Shown here piece by piece: positions 19,684-29,439 of a stretch of 64,000 nt of DNA. Made by a program: the position numbers and the translations under genes. Source of the DNA: Kiritimatiellia bacterium (GTDB lineage: Bacteria > Verrucomicrobiota > Kiritimatiellia > RFP12 > UBA1067); NCBI GenBank assembly GCA_050949565.1, contig JBMNFY010000007.1, positions 128,001 to 192,000 on the forward strand, given 5' to 3'. How positions within the stretch are numbered: position 1 is the first letter of the stretch; each line of letters starts with the position of its first letter. The notes below the pieces were generated by a model. It saw only the letters and a list, made by a program, of their open reading frames with translations, ran no database searches and was not told the origin of the DNA.

Positions 19684-22631
19684 ATGCGTAATCCGTTGGT
19701 AGGGGGGGGTATCATTCTTTTTGCGGTCGTGAGCATGAGTAGCGCTCAGGAATCGGTGACGCTTCCCATCGAACGGCGCATGTTGTTTAACGAATGGATG
19801 TTTTTGCCTGCGGTTCGTACTATCACCCGAACTGGACGCATGAGGGGCCTAATCCCCCTGGTGTTGTGCCGCCACGCCGCATGTTGTTGCCCGGAACGAA
19901 TCACTATCATGCGGCGGGATGGCGGTTGACGGCGTGCCGCACCGGCACATCGGCGGGGCCGACGGGGCAGGGCGTTAATTTCATTCCGCCGCTCTCTTAC
20001 AACCCCACGATCCAGACAAACTGGCAGGCGAATTTGCAAAACACCTTGGATGCAAAAATCGAGAGCCCGTTCTACCGGAGGGTATCGGCACCCTCTATTT
20101 TGAGGCCATCAACGTGTTCTCATCCTACCCGACTGAAATCACCGTTGAGATCGCCACCAATATGCTGGAGTATCTGTATCTGGGGGGCGGCGTCACAAAT
20201 GTCATGTACCCGGTCGTCAGAGCAGTTTTCATACAATTGGCAAGTCCTCGACGTGTTGCCCCTTGCGGCGGCATCATCTAACGATTTTACGCGCTATCAA
20301 CGGTTGTTGCAGTGCCGTACGCCGGCCAGATTTCGTATTCGTAGAACGGGAGACGTATACTCTACACAACCGCTAGACAATGCGCTTACCGCGATCGATA
20401 ACATCTGCGCCTCATATCCCCCGGCGGATGTCGTGTTGGTTCGTCCGGCCGTGGTCTTCAAGCCGGGGTATCCCGCCACCGGTGAGCCGTGTGTGATCCG
20501 GTGCGAAGTTAGTTGCGTGGGGACAAACTGGAATGAACGGACCGATCATACGAACCGCGCGATGACGGTTCACTATAGATGGCGGTATCTGGACCAGATG
20601 TCCAACGCATGGGCCAGTGTACCGATGAGCTATGTTGCGGGGTCGGGCGTCGGCGATGGCGAGATGTATGAGGCGACCTTGCCCGCGCAGGCCGATATCG
20701 GCGATCTGGAGTATTTCTTTGAATGTGACTTTGAAGGGTATCGTTATAGGCACCTTGATTATACGGGCTCGGGCTATGCGTACACGACGGAGTGGCTGTC
20801 GCCCCGTATTTTGCGCGGCGACACGGCGGTGGAGGGCGGGCGCGAGTTTTACACGCGGTTGCGGCCCATGGCCTCGTCCTTTGGCGAGATGCTGCTGGTG
20901 GTCGGCGAATCGGGCGCCGAACAGACGACGGTGGTTATGACGCCGCTTGAAACCGGACGCTGGCGCGGTATCATCCCGCTTGCGGGCCGAGCTCCTACCA
21001 ACATCTGCTTCTACCTGCGCGGCGAAGGCCAGTATGACGCGGTCGCCGATGCCTTCCTGCCCGATCCGGTGTATTGGAGCGACGCATCACAGACGGTACC
21101 TTCTCCCTTGCCGCTGACAGGCACGTGTGACAGCGGTGCCGTTCCGCCGAATCACCGCATCCGCATCGCAACGGCCGGAAGCAGTTGTGTGGAGGTCTTG
21201 TTTGATGAGGTGTCCGGCACCTATTGGACCGCGCGCGCGGAGTACCAGAATTTCAACAGCCAGACGGCGGACACGGATCCGATTCAAGATCGTGATCAGC
21301 CTTTCCTGCAATCGCCAGCGCTCTCCTTCCCGTTGGGGTCGCTCACATTCATGGCCCGCGCCTACGACGTGGCGTCTCCGGCGCGGATCGCGGTGTATGC
21401 GTCGACCAACGGATGGGACGCGCCCGCCGAGAGTTGGTTTGAGGTACATGCGTTCTCCGGCATTGCGCACGTTCCATACCGAACCTACCGATTTGTACCG
21501 GCGACGCCGGTGCAGTATGACGCGATCCGCTTGGTGGTTGCGGCGGATGGATCGTCGGGGCGGGCTTGCGTGGATGAGGTGGTGATCAGCGAGCTGGGGG
21601 CTGCGGGGGTGCCGCCTAGCGTGAAGGTGTTCGTCCCCACGGAGCCGGTTTCGGAACTCGCGGGGACAGGGGCATATATAAAGAAACGCTTGATTGTCAG
21701 ACTCTCGGAGCCCTATGCGCAGGATGTGACGGTGCGCTTGGATCTTTCGCCGGATGCCAATGCGCAAAATGGTTGCCTTGGCTTGTCGCAAACCAACTTG
21801 GTCTTCGCGGCCGGTGCGGAAGAACAGGTTGTCGACATTGGCCCCCTGGACGGCACGGCTCTTTCGGCAACGGATGGCTTTACGGTCACGCCAGTGGTTG
21901 TGTCGCCGGTTGCCGCGCAGCACCACTACTTGTCTTTGGTCGCGGTTGCGGTGCGGGTCCTAAACGAGGCCCCCGTGATTGTTGAGCCAGCCGGTGGCAT
22001 CGCATCGCTGCCCGCGTCGTTCTTCGTCCAGAGCGGACAGCCGCATTCCTTCTTCTGGAACGTAACGGATGCCGCAGCGGACAGCAGTGCCGATGTGGGG
22101 AGTGGAATGAAGATCACATGGCACTTCGGCGATGATACGTGGTCGGTGGCTTGGGGGGCAAGCGGCACGATCGAGCATACGTATGCCAACGTGGGTGACC
22201 GGGTGGTCAGAATGATAGCAGAAGACAAGGACGGCGGTTTTGATGAAGTTCAGTTTAGAGTCAGAGTCGCGACAGAACCCGTGACACTGTCGACCCCGGT
22301 GCCGGTTCCCCTCGCATGGTTGGATCTGTATCCGTCGGCGTTGGCAGCGGCTGGCGGCAATTACGAGTCGGCGGCGCTGGGCGACGTGGACGGCGACGGC
22401 CATACGACTTGGCAAGAGTATGTAACCGGCTCGGATCCGACGAACACGCTCTCTATCCTCCGCGCCCACATCACCGTTGACGGCGGGACGGCGCAGGTCA
22501 CATGGACGCCGGATCTCGGCCCGGTCGCCCGGTGCTACACGGTTGAAGGCAAGACGAACCTGACGGATGGGGTTTGGCTGGAAAGTGGACCCGGCATGCG
22601 TTTCTTCAGGGTCAGGGTGGCGTTGCCGTAA
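19684..22631 (+). CDS. Large secreted protein with PKD domain and C-terminal DxDGDG...QEY..GSDP / RFFRV domain; frameshifted near 19800
   Basis: GGAGG RBS plus MRNPLVGGGIILFAVVSMSSAQE signal peptide; WHFGDD PKD motif; DVDGDGHTTWQEYVTGSDP. Confidence 0.7.
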
Positions 22632-22642
22632 AGGTGAGAAAC

Positions 22643-22917
22643 GGGATCGTGTTTTGACGCGAGACAGTCGAGGGGTGCAAAGCGTTTTCGCGGTGCGGTA
22701 AGGTGCCGCCGTGGCAAGGCGAACGAGACACCGCGGACAGGATGGACGGCGTGGCTGAAAACACGAAATGTCTAATGTCAAACGCGAGACAGTCGAGGGG
22801 TGCAAAGCGTTTTCGCGGTGCGGTAAGGTGCCGCCGTGGCAAGGCGAACGAGACACCGCGGACAGGATGGACGGCGTGGCTGAAAACACGAAATGTCTAA
22901 TGTCAAACTACGACCCC
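22643..22917. repeat. Repeat family A: MITE-like element with imperfect terminal inverted repeats and an internal 125-bp tandem duplication
   Basis: Left GGGATCGTGTTTTGAC (22643-58) and right GTCAAACTACGACCCC (22902-17); identical 125-bp units start at 22657 and 22782. Confidence 0.85.
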
Positions 22918-23361
22918 GGTAACCTGGAAATCATTGATGCGGAATTCACGCCTGAGTTCCTTAAGATTTCACCAAGTGCATTAGCGATGGATACCGTGCT
23001 TTCGGCGTCGAAGCGTTATTATCGAGACTGCGGAAAGTGGCCTGATCTCGGCGAAGGACTTGCGTCACTCGTTCAGGAGGATCATGTAGAAGGATGGAAC
23101 GGGCCGTACATTCCTCACCGTCTTTTGAGTGACGGGTTTCTTTGTGACTCGTGGGGAAATCAATATCGGATTCTTATGACGCAAACACGGCTGTCTCTCG
23201 TCTCTGCTGGGCACGACGGCATGTTTGAAACTAGTGACGACATTGTTGGTTCTGTCACGCTCGAATCCGGAACAGTGATTGAAGCAAATGTGAAGGGCTT
23301 AACACAGAACGAAAAATTTGTCTTCCCAAGTTCACAAGAGGAGTTGTCATGTCGAAATTGA
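22918..23361 (+). pseudogene. 5'-truncated type II secretion GspG-like pseudopilin domain
   Basis: YYRDCGKWP..EGLASLV...GWNGPYI...DSWGNQY...SAGHDG...DDI; no prepilin N-terminus; abuts the GACCCC end of repeat A. Confidence 0.7.
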
Positions 23362-23735
23362 TCGCGGGGGTTTCGATAGTGGTGGGCGGTGGCTTGCTAG
23401 CTGTTGTCCATCAGGACGTGACCGGGATATCGACGGATATGATCCCGATCGGGGTGCGCTTTTTTATTTACCCGCTCGCTGTTCTTGCATACCTCACAGG
23501 CTCGGGCATCTGCCTGTTTTCCTGTTTCAGTCGCTCCCGAAGACATTTATGGTCTTTTGCCGGGATAACGATCAACCTCATTTCCATGATACTCCTGCTT
23601 AGCACATGGCTTTTGATCATTCGCCTCTACGTTCTGCCACTAGGAAGAAGCACATGCGATCAAGGTGAAATTGACGGGATATTAAGGAGAAAACCATGGC
23701 AAAACGTATGCAAGCCATACTTTCGGTGTTTGTAA
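23349..23735 (+). CDS. Hypothetical membrane protein (about 3 TM)
   Basis: Hydrophobic segments; GAGGAG RBS; overlaps neighbouring ORFs. Confidence 0.55.
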   Translation: MSKLIAGVSIVVGGGLLAVVHQDVTGISTDMIPIGVRFFIYPLAVLAYLTGSGICLFSCFSRSRRHLWSFAGITINLISMILLLSTWLLIIRLYVLPLGRSTCDQGEIDGILRRKPWQNVCKPYFRCL

Positions 23736-24280
23736 TGGGTTGTCTCGTGTTTCTGGGGTGTTCATCTCCGCCCAAGAACGTTTTCTATTTACGGGACGAG
23801 ACTAACGGTTTCATACAAGGGCCGTTCTTCACTGAAGAGAACGTGACACCGGGGCTTCATACGCTGAGGGCTGTTTTTCCAACAGACGAGGAATTAGCGA
23901 CCCTGGAAACGTTGAGGACGACTGTCGTTAGGTTCCAGCCGTTCTGTCTTGAAATTGAAGAGGTGATCGAGTATCTAAACGATGCGTTAAATGGGGCAAA
24001 CGATGCCCAAAGCAAAGTCAGCATCAGGGTGGAGTTTCCGCCGTCGTGGGACTTGCCCCAATTTTCAGCAGAAGAGTTGAAACGATGGGGTTACAAAGAA
24101 GGCTTTGGTGGTTCACGAAAATCAAACCTGCCGAAGGTGTCACTCAACACCGCCGGAGAACTTTCTGTTTACAACATATTACATGCGCTGCCGGTGATAT
24201 GGTCGATACCGATCCGGTTTTCGATTGATGGAGAGACCGCTGTGTTGACAGTCGCCGATTATGATGATGTCTGTTATTGA
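23696..24280 (+). CDS. Hypothetical lipoprotein
   Basis: AAGGAG RBS; MAKRMQAILSVFVMGCLVFLG|C lipobox-like. Confidence 0.7.
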   Translation: MAKRMQAILSVFVMGCLVFLGCSSPPKNVFYLRDETNGFIQGPFFTEENVTPGLHTLRAVFPTDEELATLETLRTTVVRFQPFCLEIEEVIEYLNDALNGANDAQSKVSIRVEFPPSWDLPQFSAEELKRWGYKEGFGGSRKSNLPKVSLNTAGELSVYNILHALPVIWSIPIRFSIDGETAVLTVADYDDVCY

Positions 24281-24334
24281 ATGTGTTTCACTACATGACT
24301 TCAGGAGAAAATGAGATGGAGGTAAAAGCAGAAA

Positions 24335-24988
24335 ATGAGCACCAATATTTTTCAAAAACCAAAGAAAGTCAGGAAATGTTTCCGTTTGTTTTTTTTGATA
24401 TTGTCGTTGGCATTGCTTGCCACAACAGTGAAGGCATACCTCTCTGTCCGGCTGGAACTGATGGAGGCACGTGGCGTTTTGTCGGATGTTCTGTTTAGCA
24501 CATGTGTGATCAGCAAGGCCCTTGCAAAAGGAGACGTCGACAAAGCGTTGGCGCTTTCGATAACGAACCAACTTAAAGGGATTCAATACGCGATTAGACG
24601 TGATGTAAAAGATGCCGACATTGATCTGGCAACGGATTTTTGTTTTAGGGAAGGGAGGCTGCCTCTTAACGATGAACAACGTAGTTTTTATTTTGCGTAT
24701 GCGAAGAACTACAGGAATTGGGAATGTTCTGGATGGCTTGGCAACAATCATCCCTTAATGGTTCAGATGATGGATGTTCTATATTACTATTGGGCCGATT
24801 GCCGTCCGAGGTGGACAACATGGAAACCCCGCGATTACGCGACAAACATCAAAGTCGGCTCACCGCAGGAACGCTTGAGGAAACGCCAACCCTGTTTGGA
24901 AGACCAAGTGTCGATCGACGAAAAGCTGCGCCGAGCGCTCGAAAAAGTGGGCGCTGAATCCGACTCGGACGAGGAGAGTGAAGACTAG
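24335..24988 (+). CDS. Hypothetical protein with N-terminal membrane anchor
   Basis: 217-aa ORF, one hydrophobic helix, lower GC. Confidence 0.65.
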   Translation: MSTNIFQKPKKVRKCFRLFFLILSLALLATTVKAYLSVRLELMEARGVLSDVLFSTCVISKALAKGDVDKALALSITNQLKGIQYAIRRDVKDADIDLATDFCFREGRLPLNDEQRSFYFAYAKNYRNWECSGWLGNNHPLMVQMMDVLYYYWADCRPRWTTWKPRDYATNIKVGSPQERLRKRQPCLEDQVSIDEKLRRALEKVGAESDSDEESED

Positions 24989-25024
24989 CATTAGACAAGA
25001 CTTGTGGTTGTCACCGTGAGAAGC

Positions 25025-25170
25025 GGGGTCGTATTTTGATATTGGGTTGCGATGCGAAGCGTTTTCGCGGTGTGGTAAGGTGTCGCCGTGGCAAGGTGAA
25101 TGAGGCACCACCGGAAGGATGGACGGCGTGGCTGAAAACACGAAATGTCTAATGTCAAACTACGATCCCC
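25025..25170. repeat. Repeat family A, single copy
   Basis: GGGGTCGTATTTTGATATTGG ... CTAATGTCAAACTACGATCCCC inverted ends; interior matches the 125-bp unit. Confidence 0.85.
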
Positions 25171-25206
25171 AATGACTCATTCTTGTCTTCTTCCCCCTCC
25201 AGTCGC

Positions 25207-25405
25207 ATTTCCACATATTGAAAGGTGTGGAAGTGAGGGAGCGGCAGCCAATACAGGGGGGGAAATATCGAAAACCCTTTATTTACTACTGTTTTCCGTA
25301 CTATCGGCTTCCATTTTCTCTCTGGCTACTTTTCCACACCTTGAAAGGTGTGGAAGTAGAGTGGGGCGTTTTTGGAGGTGGTTTTTTACGCAGAGACGTA
25401 GGGGT
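25207..25405. repeat. Repeat family B (~200 bp) with two TTCCACA..TGTGGAA hairpins
   Basis: Hairpins at 25209-25232 and 25332-25355; second copy at 28578-28778. Confidence 0.85.
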
Positions 25406-25478
25406 TGGTTTTGTTTTTCCCAATCGAACAGCACAGTAGGGCGGGACGTCTCGGACCGCTCATTACTTGAGACGCCGC

Positions 25479-25507
25479 TTGACCCCAGTAATCAGAATGA
25501 ATACGAT
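25479..25507 (+). promoter_or_regulatory. sigma70-type promoter, repeated module copy 1
   Basis: TTGACC-17 nt-TACGAT. Confidence 0.7.
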
Positions 25508-25580
25508 TTTGACTGAACGGAGGGGCCTGTCCGCCTTTATGAGGCAGACTTAAGAACACTGTTCAGAGCAGAGGATAAAA

Positions 25581-26252
25581 ATGGATGATGCAACAAGCAA
25601 AACCATCGGCATTTTTGCTTTTATGTTCCTGCCGTTGATTGTTTCAGTCATCGTGTTTCTACTTGGCGATGGCTTTAAGCGGCGGATCTCATCTGGCCTT
25701 TCAATACTGTTTTCTTTGATCTTATGGGCCTATGTCTGCAAAGTGACTGCAAATCCGGAATATATGTTTCCCATTTTGCATGCTATCTATCCCATAGTCT
25801 GCGCAGGCGCTTTTGTTGTGTTTTTCATATTTGAGCTGTTCTTTTGGTATGTTGTAAAGAAAAGGCGTATCGCCAAATTGAGAAAACATCTCCAAATGCA
25901 AGGCAAGCTTGGGACCACAGACTTTATTGCGCAGGTGTCGATAGATGACGTTGGACGGCTGCGTATCGCGCCAAGAACACAATCCTTTCCAGCCATACAG
26001 AAAGTGTATGACGATATTATGTGGGATGCTGAGCGGCATGACCTTTGCCCGGCAAAACGGCATGAGTGGGGCTGTCTAAGGTGGTGCCGACACATAATAA
26101 AGGGGGTGGCATCGTCATATGGGTGCACGCTTGCGCTTCATCCTGAAACGCACTGGGTGGATGTCCCGTCAAGGCTGAAGTCTGACATTGAAAGTCTGCT
26201 CAAAAAATCATGGGAGCGTCATGTTGATGACAACATCAACCGAGTCGGTTAA
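25581..26252 (+). CDS. Hypothetical membrane protein (3 TM plus soluble C-terminal domain)
   Basis: GAGGA RBS; 223-aa ORF. Confidence 0.7.
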   Translation: MDDATSKTIGIFAFMFLPLIVSVIVFLLGDGFKRRISSGLSILFSLILWAYVCKVTANPEYMFPILHAIYPIVCAGAFVVFFIFELFFWYVVKKRRIAKLRKHLQMQGKLGTTDFIAQVSIDDVGRLRIAPRTQSFPAIQKVYDDIMWDAERHDLCPAKRHEWGCLRWCRHIIKGVASSYGCTLALHPETHWVDVPSRLKSDIESLLKKSWERHVDDNINRVG

Positions 26253-26266
26253 CCGAAGAACGATGC

Positions 26267-26295
26267 TTGACCCCGGCAGGCAGAACTAATATGAT
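26267..26295 (+). promoter_or_regulatory. sigma70-type promoter, repeated module copy 2
   Basis: TTGACC-17 nt-TATGAT. Confidence 0.7.
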
Positions 26296-26331
26296 CCGTT
26301 AGCTTCAGGACATGAACAAATTACAGAAGAT

Positions 26332-27896
26332 CACTAGCATCCCATAGGCGGGATAATTCACCCTTACCCATGTGGATTTGCTTGGATTTTTGATGTCTTT
26401 TTTGAGGTTTCAGGTTAGAGGTTTTCCCGGAGCGACCGGCCGTTTCGCGTTTTTGTTGGGTTTTACGGCCCTGCTGTCCCATAGTCGAGCCGCCAAAAAT
26501 CGAAAAAGGCCTGTAAAGGCGGGGGTTTTTCGCGGGGTTCACCAGGTTTTGGCCGCGGTGCTGTCCCATAGATTTTGAGGATCTCGACCAGGTCGCGCTT
26601 GACCCACACCGCCGCGCGCACGACGCCCGCGAGGCGCGAGAAGCTCAGCTCCCAGTCCGCGACATGGCTCATGAACCGCAGCAGGAGATGCACGAGCATC
26701 CCCGTCCAGATCTGCCACTTGACCGCGTTCTCGTTGTAGCCGACGAAGTCGCGGATCTGGCAGGTCTGCTTGAGTTCCTTGAAGAACAGCTCGACGGCCC
26801 ACCGCGCCCGGTACAGTTCCGCGATGGTGCGCGCGCTCCAGTCGAGGTTGTTCGTCAAGAAGGTCATCTCCTTCATCTTGCCGTCCACCTCGACGTTCGC
26901 GGTCACGCGGCGCAGGGGGACGGGATAGAGCTTCTTGGAGCGGGCGAGGGCGGGCTCGACGAGTTCGTCGCCGACGATGCTCGCGTCCCGGTTCTCCGGC
27001 AGGCGCCTGACGCGTTTGAACTTCATGTTCGTTTTCTGCCTGACCACGAAGAAGATGCCGCGGGCTCGCAGGCCGTCGAGGAAGGAGAAGTCCGTGTAGG
27101 CGCGGTCGGCGAGGCACACGTCGCCCGCCTTCAGCCCGGCGCAGAGCGTCTTCGCCCGGGTGGAGTCGTGGTGGCCCGCGTCCTCCACGACGGCGAAGGC
27201 GGGCAGGCGGCTGCCCACGTCGAGGTTCATGTGCAGCTTTGCCGCCGCCTTCTTCCTGCGGTGCCGCGCCCAGTCGATGCAGTTCAGGCACAGCCTGATC
27301 GTGCTGGAGTCTATGGCGAAGATCCCGCGCTTCATCCGCGCTAAGAAGCCCTTATGCCTTTTGTACTGCCCGAACCCCGGACAGACGGAGACCAGATGCT
27401 CGAAGACTTCCCAGTACAGTCGCTCGGCCATGGCCGCGTCACGGTGCCGGTTCGCGTTGGAAAACGTGTTGCGTTTCGGCGGCTGCGCACCCCGGATGTT
27501 GCGCCACTCGCCCTCGTGGACGCGCGCCGCGTCCACGATCCCGTTGAGGCTGTCGCAGCCCGCGAGCTGCCCGTACATCAGCGCGACAACGTGGCTCACG
27601 GCCGACCACTTGCGGATGTCGAGCTTGTGCCCGTCGGCGAGCCGCTGGATCATCCCGGGAGGAATCCATTGGACGAGCTGCCGCAGCACGGTGTATTCTG
27701 TCTTCGTCGGCTTCGGGGGCGTGGCCCCGAGCAATTGGGGTATCAGCTCTTTCATGCGCCTGTAGGCTACAGGCAATCGCCTCCGAAGCCGACACTTTTT
27801 TGCGAAATTTCGGGGTTGACGGTTTTCGCCCCCCCAGCATAATAAGTGCCAATCATGGGGACCGGTGTTGCCGGTCTGCCCTATGGGATGGTAGTG
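26332..27896 (-). mobile_element. Complete IS4-family insertion sequence (1,565 bp)
   Basis: 17-bp TIRs CACTAGCATCCCATAGG / CACTACCATCCCATAGG; 9-bp TSD ACAGAAGAT at 26323-31 and 27897-905. Confidence 0.95.
26463..27755 (-). CDS. IS4-family DDE transposase (DUF4372-like N-terminus)
   Basis: AIDSSTI, DRAY, YRARWAVELFFKELKQ motifs; likely start MKELIPQ. Confidence 0.92.
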   Translation of the reverse strand: MKELIPQLLGATPPKPTKTEYTVLRQLVQWIPPGMIQRLADGHKLDIRKWSAVSHVVALMYGQLAGCDSLNGIVDAARVHEGEWRNIRGAQPPKRNTFSNANRHRDAAMAERLYWEVFEHLVSVCPGFGQYKRHKGFLARMKRGIFAIDSSTIRLCLNCIDWARHRRKKAAAKLHMNLDVGSRLPAFAVVEDAGHHDSTRAKTLCAGLKAGDVCLADRAYTDFSFLDGLRARGIFFVVRQKTNMKFKRVRRLPENRDASIVGDELVEPALARSKKLYPVPLRRVTANVEVDGKMKEMTFLTNNLDWSARTIAELYRARWAVELFFKELKQTCQIRDFVGYNENAVKWQIWTGMLVHLLLRFMSHVADWELSFSRLAGVVRAAVWVKRDLVEILKIYGTAPRPKPGEPREKPPPLQAFFDFWRLDYGTAGP

Positions 27897-28361
27897 ACAG
27901 AAGATCATCCTGATGGCAGCGTTTCTGATGAGCGCGTGTGCGCTTCTTCGGACATTTTCTTTGTTTCCCGTCACGAGGATCAACAATGAAAAGGATTCGC
28001 CTTTTGCGGCTGCGACCGCAACTTACATGAGGAATTGCCTGCGCGAGATGACCCGTCAGGGGAGTGCCGTGCACTTTGTCTTTCCCGAAAACAGTTACGG
28101 CATAATGGTGGAGACCACGCCTAACACAAACTATCCAAACCTGAAATATCCCAGATGGACCGGCGATTTTGTCTTGGGGGTTGGCGAATCATTCAGGGGT
28201 CGCCCGGATCATCATTCCAGCGGAAGATATACGCTCAAAGCGATTGAGCCGACCGGTGTCGTACTGGCCTACGACACCAGATTTGACCACAGGTCTTTCG
28301 GTAAAAATCTGATCAACGTGAACCGAGGCGAACTTCGGATTCCGTGGAAGAACAAGGAAGA

Positions 28362-28421
28362 GGCCAACAAGCTGCCGGAAGGTACACGCTGACGTGCCGT
28401 TCCTCACCACTGACATTGAGT
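28362..28421 (+). other. Degenerate attC-like site overlapping the 3' end of the cassette gene
   Basis: GGCCAAC...GCCGGAAGGTAC...TTCCTCACCACTGACATTGAG; the CAAC start and TGAC(G/A)TT end resemble attC, with R' degenerate. Confidence 0.45.
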
Positions 28422-28577
28422 AAGAGAAAATGAAAATGTAGTACATTCATAAACACCAATGCGCTTGATCTCGTGGTGCCGCAAGATGGGACATTACGGT
28501 TTTGTATTTCTATGAACGGAGGAGGTGTTTCGCGTAACGAAACACTGCTATACCTCAAGCCTGGAGAGAGGGCTGGT

Positions 28578-28778
28578 ATTTTCCACATATTGAAAGGTGT
28601 GGAGATAAAAGAACGGCGGTTGACACAGGGGCGAAAACATTAAAAACCCTTTATTTACTACTATTTTCCGTACTATCGGCTTCCATTTTCTCTCTGGCTA
28701 CTTTTCCACACCTTTCAAGGTGTGGAAGTGGAGTGGGGCGTTTTTGGGAGGACTCTTTTTTGACACAGAGACGTAGGG
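28578..28778. repeat. Repeat family B, second copy
   Basis: Hairpins at 28581-28603 and 28704-28727; same 123-bp spacing as copy 1. Confidence 0.85.
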
Positions 28779-28801
28779 GATTGGCTCTATGAAAGCGACG
28801 C

Positions 28802-28830
28802 TTGACCCTGGCAATCAGAATGAATACGAT
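28802..28830 (+). promoter_or_regulatory. sigma70-type promoter, repeated module copy 3
   Basis: TTGACC-17 nt-TACGAT. Confidence 0.7.
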
Positions 28831-28856
28831 CTTGCTCCATCAGTTTGGTGTGCAAC

Positions 28857-29297
28857 ATGAACTCATTCGAGAAAGCGGTGTACAGCGTCCTTGATGTCTG
28901 CATCTCCTCCGATGTCGGACTGGTTGTTTTTCTTTTAGGCGGCTTCGTGCTTTGCGGTATCTTTTCCCTTCTGCTCCTCGTCCCATGATCACGTCAGATT
29001 CCACACCGTTTCTATGTCGCTGCGGCTGCGGCACTTCCGGTGATCGTCCTAATCTATGCTCTGGTTTTCCATCTATTGGTCAGGGGCCGAAAGCCGACTA
29101 TCATGTTGGCGCTCAGCCCTGCGCTCCTGGCAGTCATCCCGTCGGTCGTTGCCTTGGTCTCTACTATCCGGAGAGACTCGGTGCCAAGGCGCGCTCTTAT
29201 CGTCGTCGTATTGGTTTGCGTGATTCTCGTTCAACTCTGGACGGCACTTGTCCTTTGGCTTGCGACGAACTATGGATTCATGGGAGCTTCGTGTTGA
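28857..29297 (+). pseudogene. Small membrane protein gene with in-frame TGA at 28986-28988
   Basis: MNSFEKAVYS...LLVP* continues in the same frame into hydrophobic ORF 29040-29297. Confidence 0.65.
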
Positions 29298-29340
29298 TAA
29301 CAACATCAACTGCGCGAGTTGATTAACTGAAAAGCGACAC

Positions 29341-29369
29341 TTGACCCCAACAATCAGAACGAATACGAT
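29341..29369 (+). promoter_or_regulatory. sigma70-type promoter, repeated module copy 4
   Basis: TTGACC-17 nt-TACGAT. Confidence 0.7.
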
Positions 29370-29439
29370 TTTGATCGGATGAGGGGGGGGGCTATTCGCC
29401 CTTGTGAGGTGGATCGAACGACACTGTTGAGAGATAAAC

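Larger units (their letters stand above)
26312..28392 (+). pseudogene. Secreted hypothetical protein interrupted by the IS4-family element in codon 7
   Basis: Removing the IS and one TSD restores MNKLQKIILMAAFLMSACALL... in frame with ORF 27913-28392. Confidence 0.85.

Noticed and set aside
22657-22906. CRISPR array or repeat-encoded protein (ORFs 22703-22900 and the N-terminus of 22768-23361)
   Set aside because: Two identical 125-bp units with no unique spacers and no cas genes; the ORFs are translations of the repeat
27756-27986. N-terminal extension of the IS4 transposase in the ORF track
   Set aside because: It extends beyond the TIR at 27896, so it cannot be part of the element
25209-28727. 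24-bp palindromes as CRISPR repeats
   Set aside because: Only two per block, ~99-bp intervening sequences that are homologous between blocks, and no cas genes
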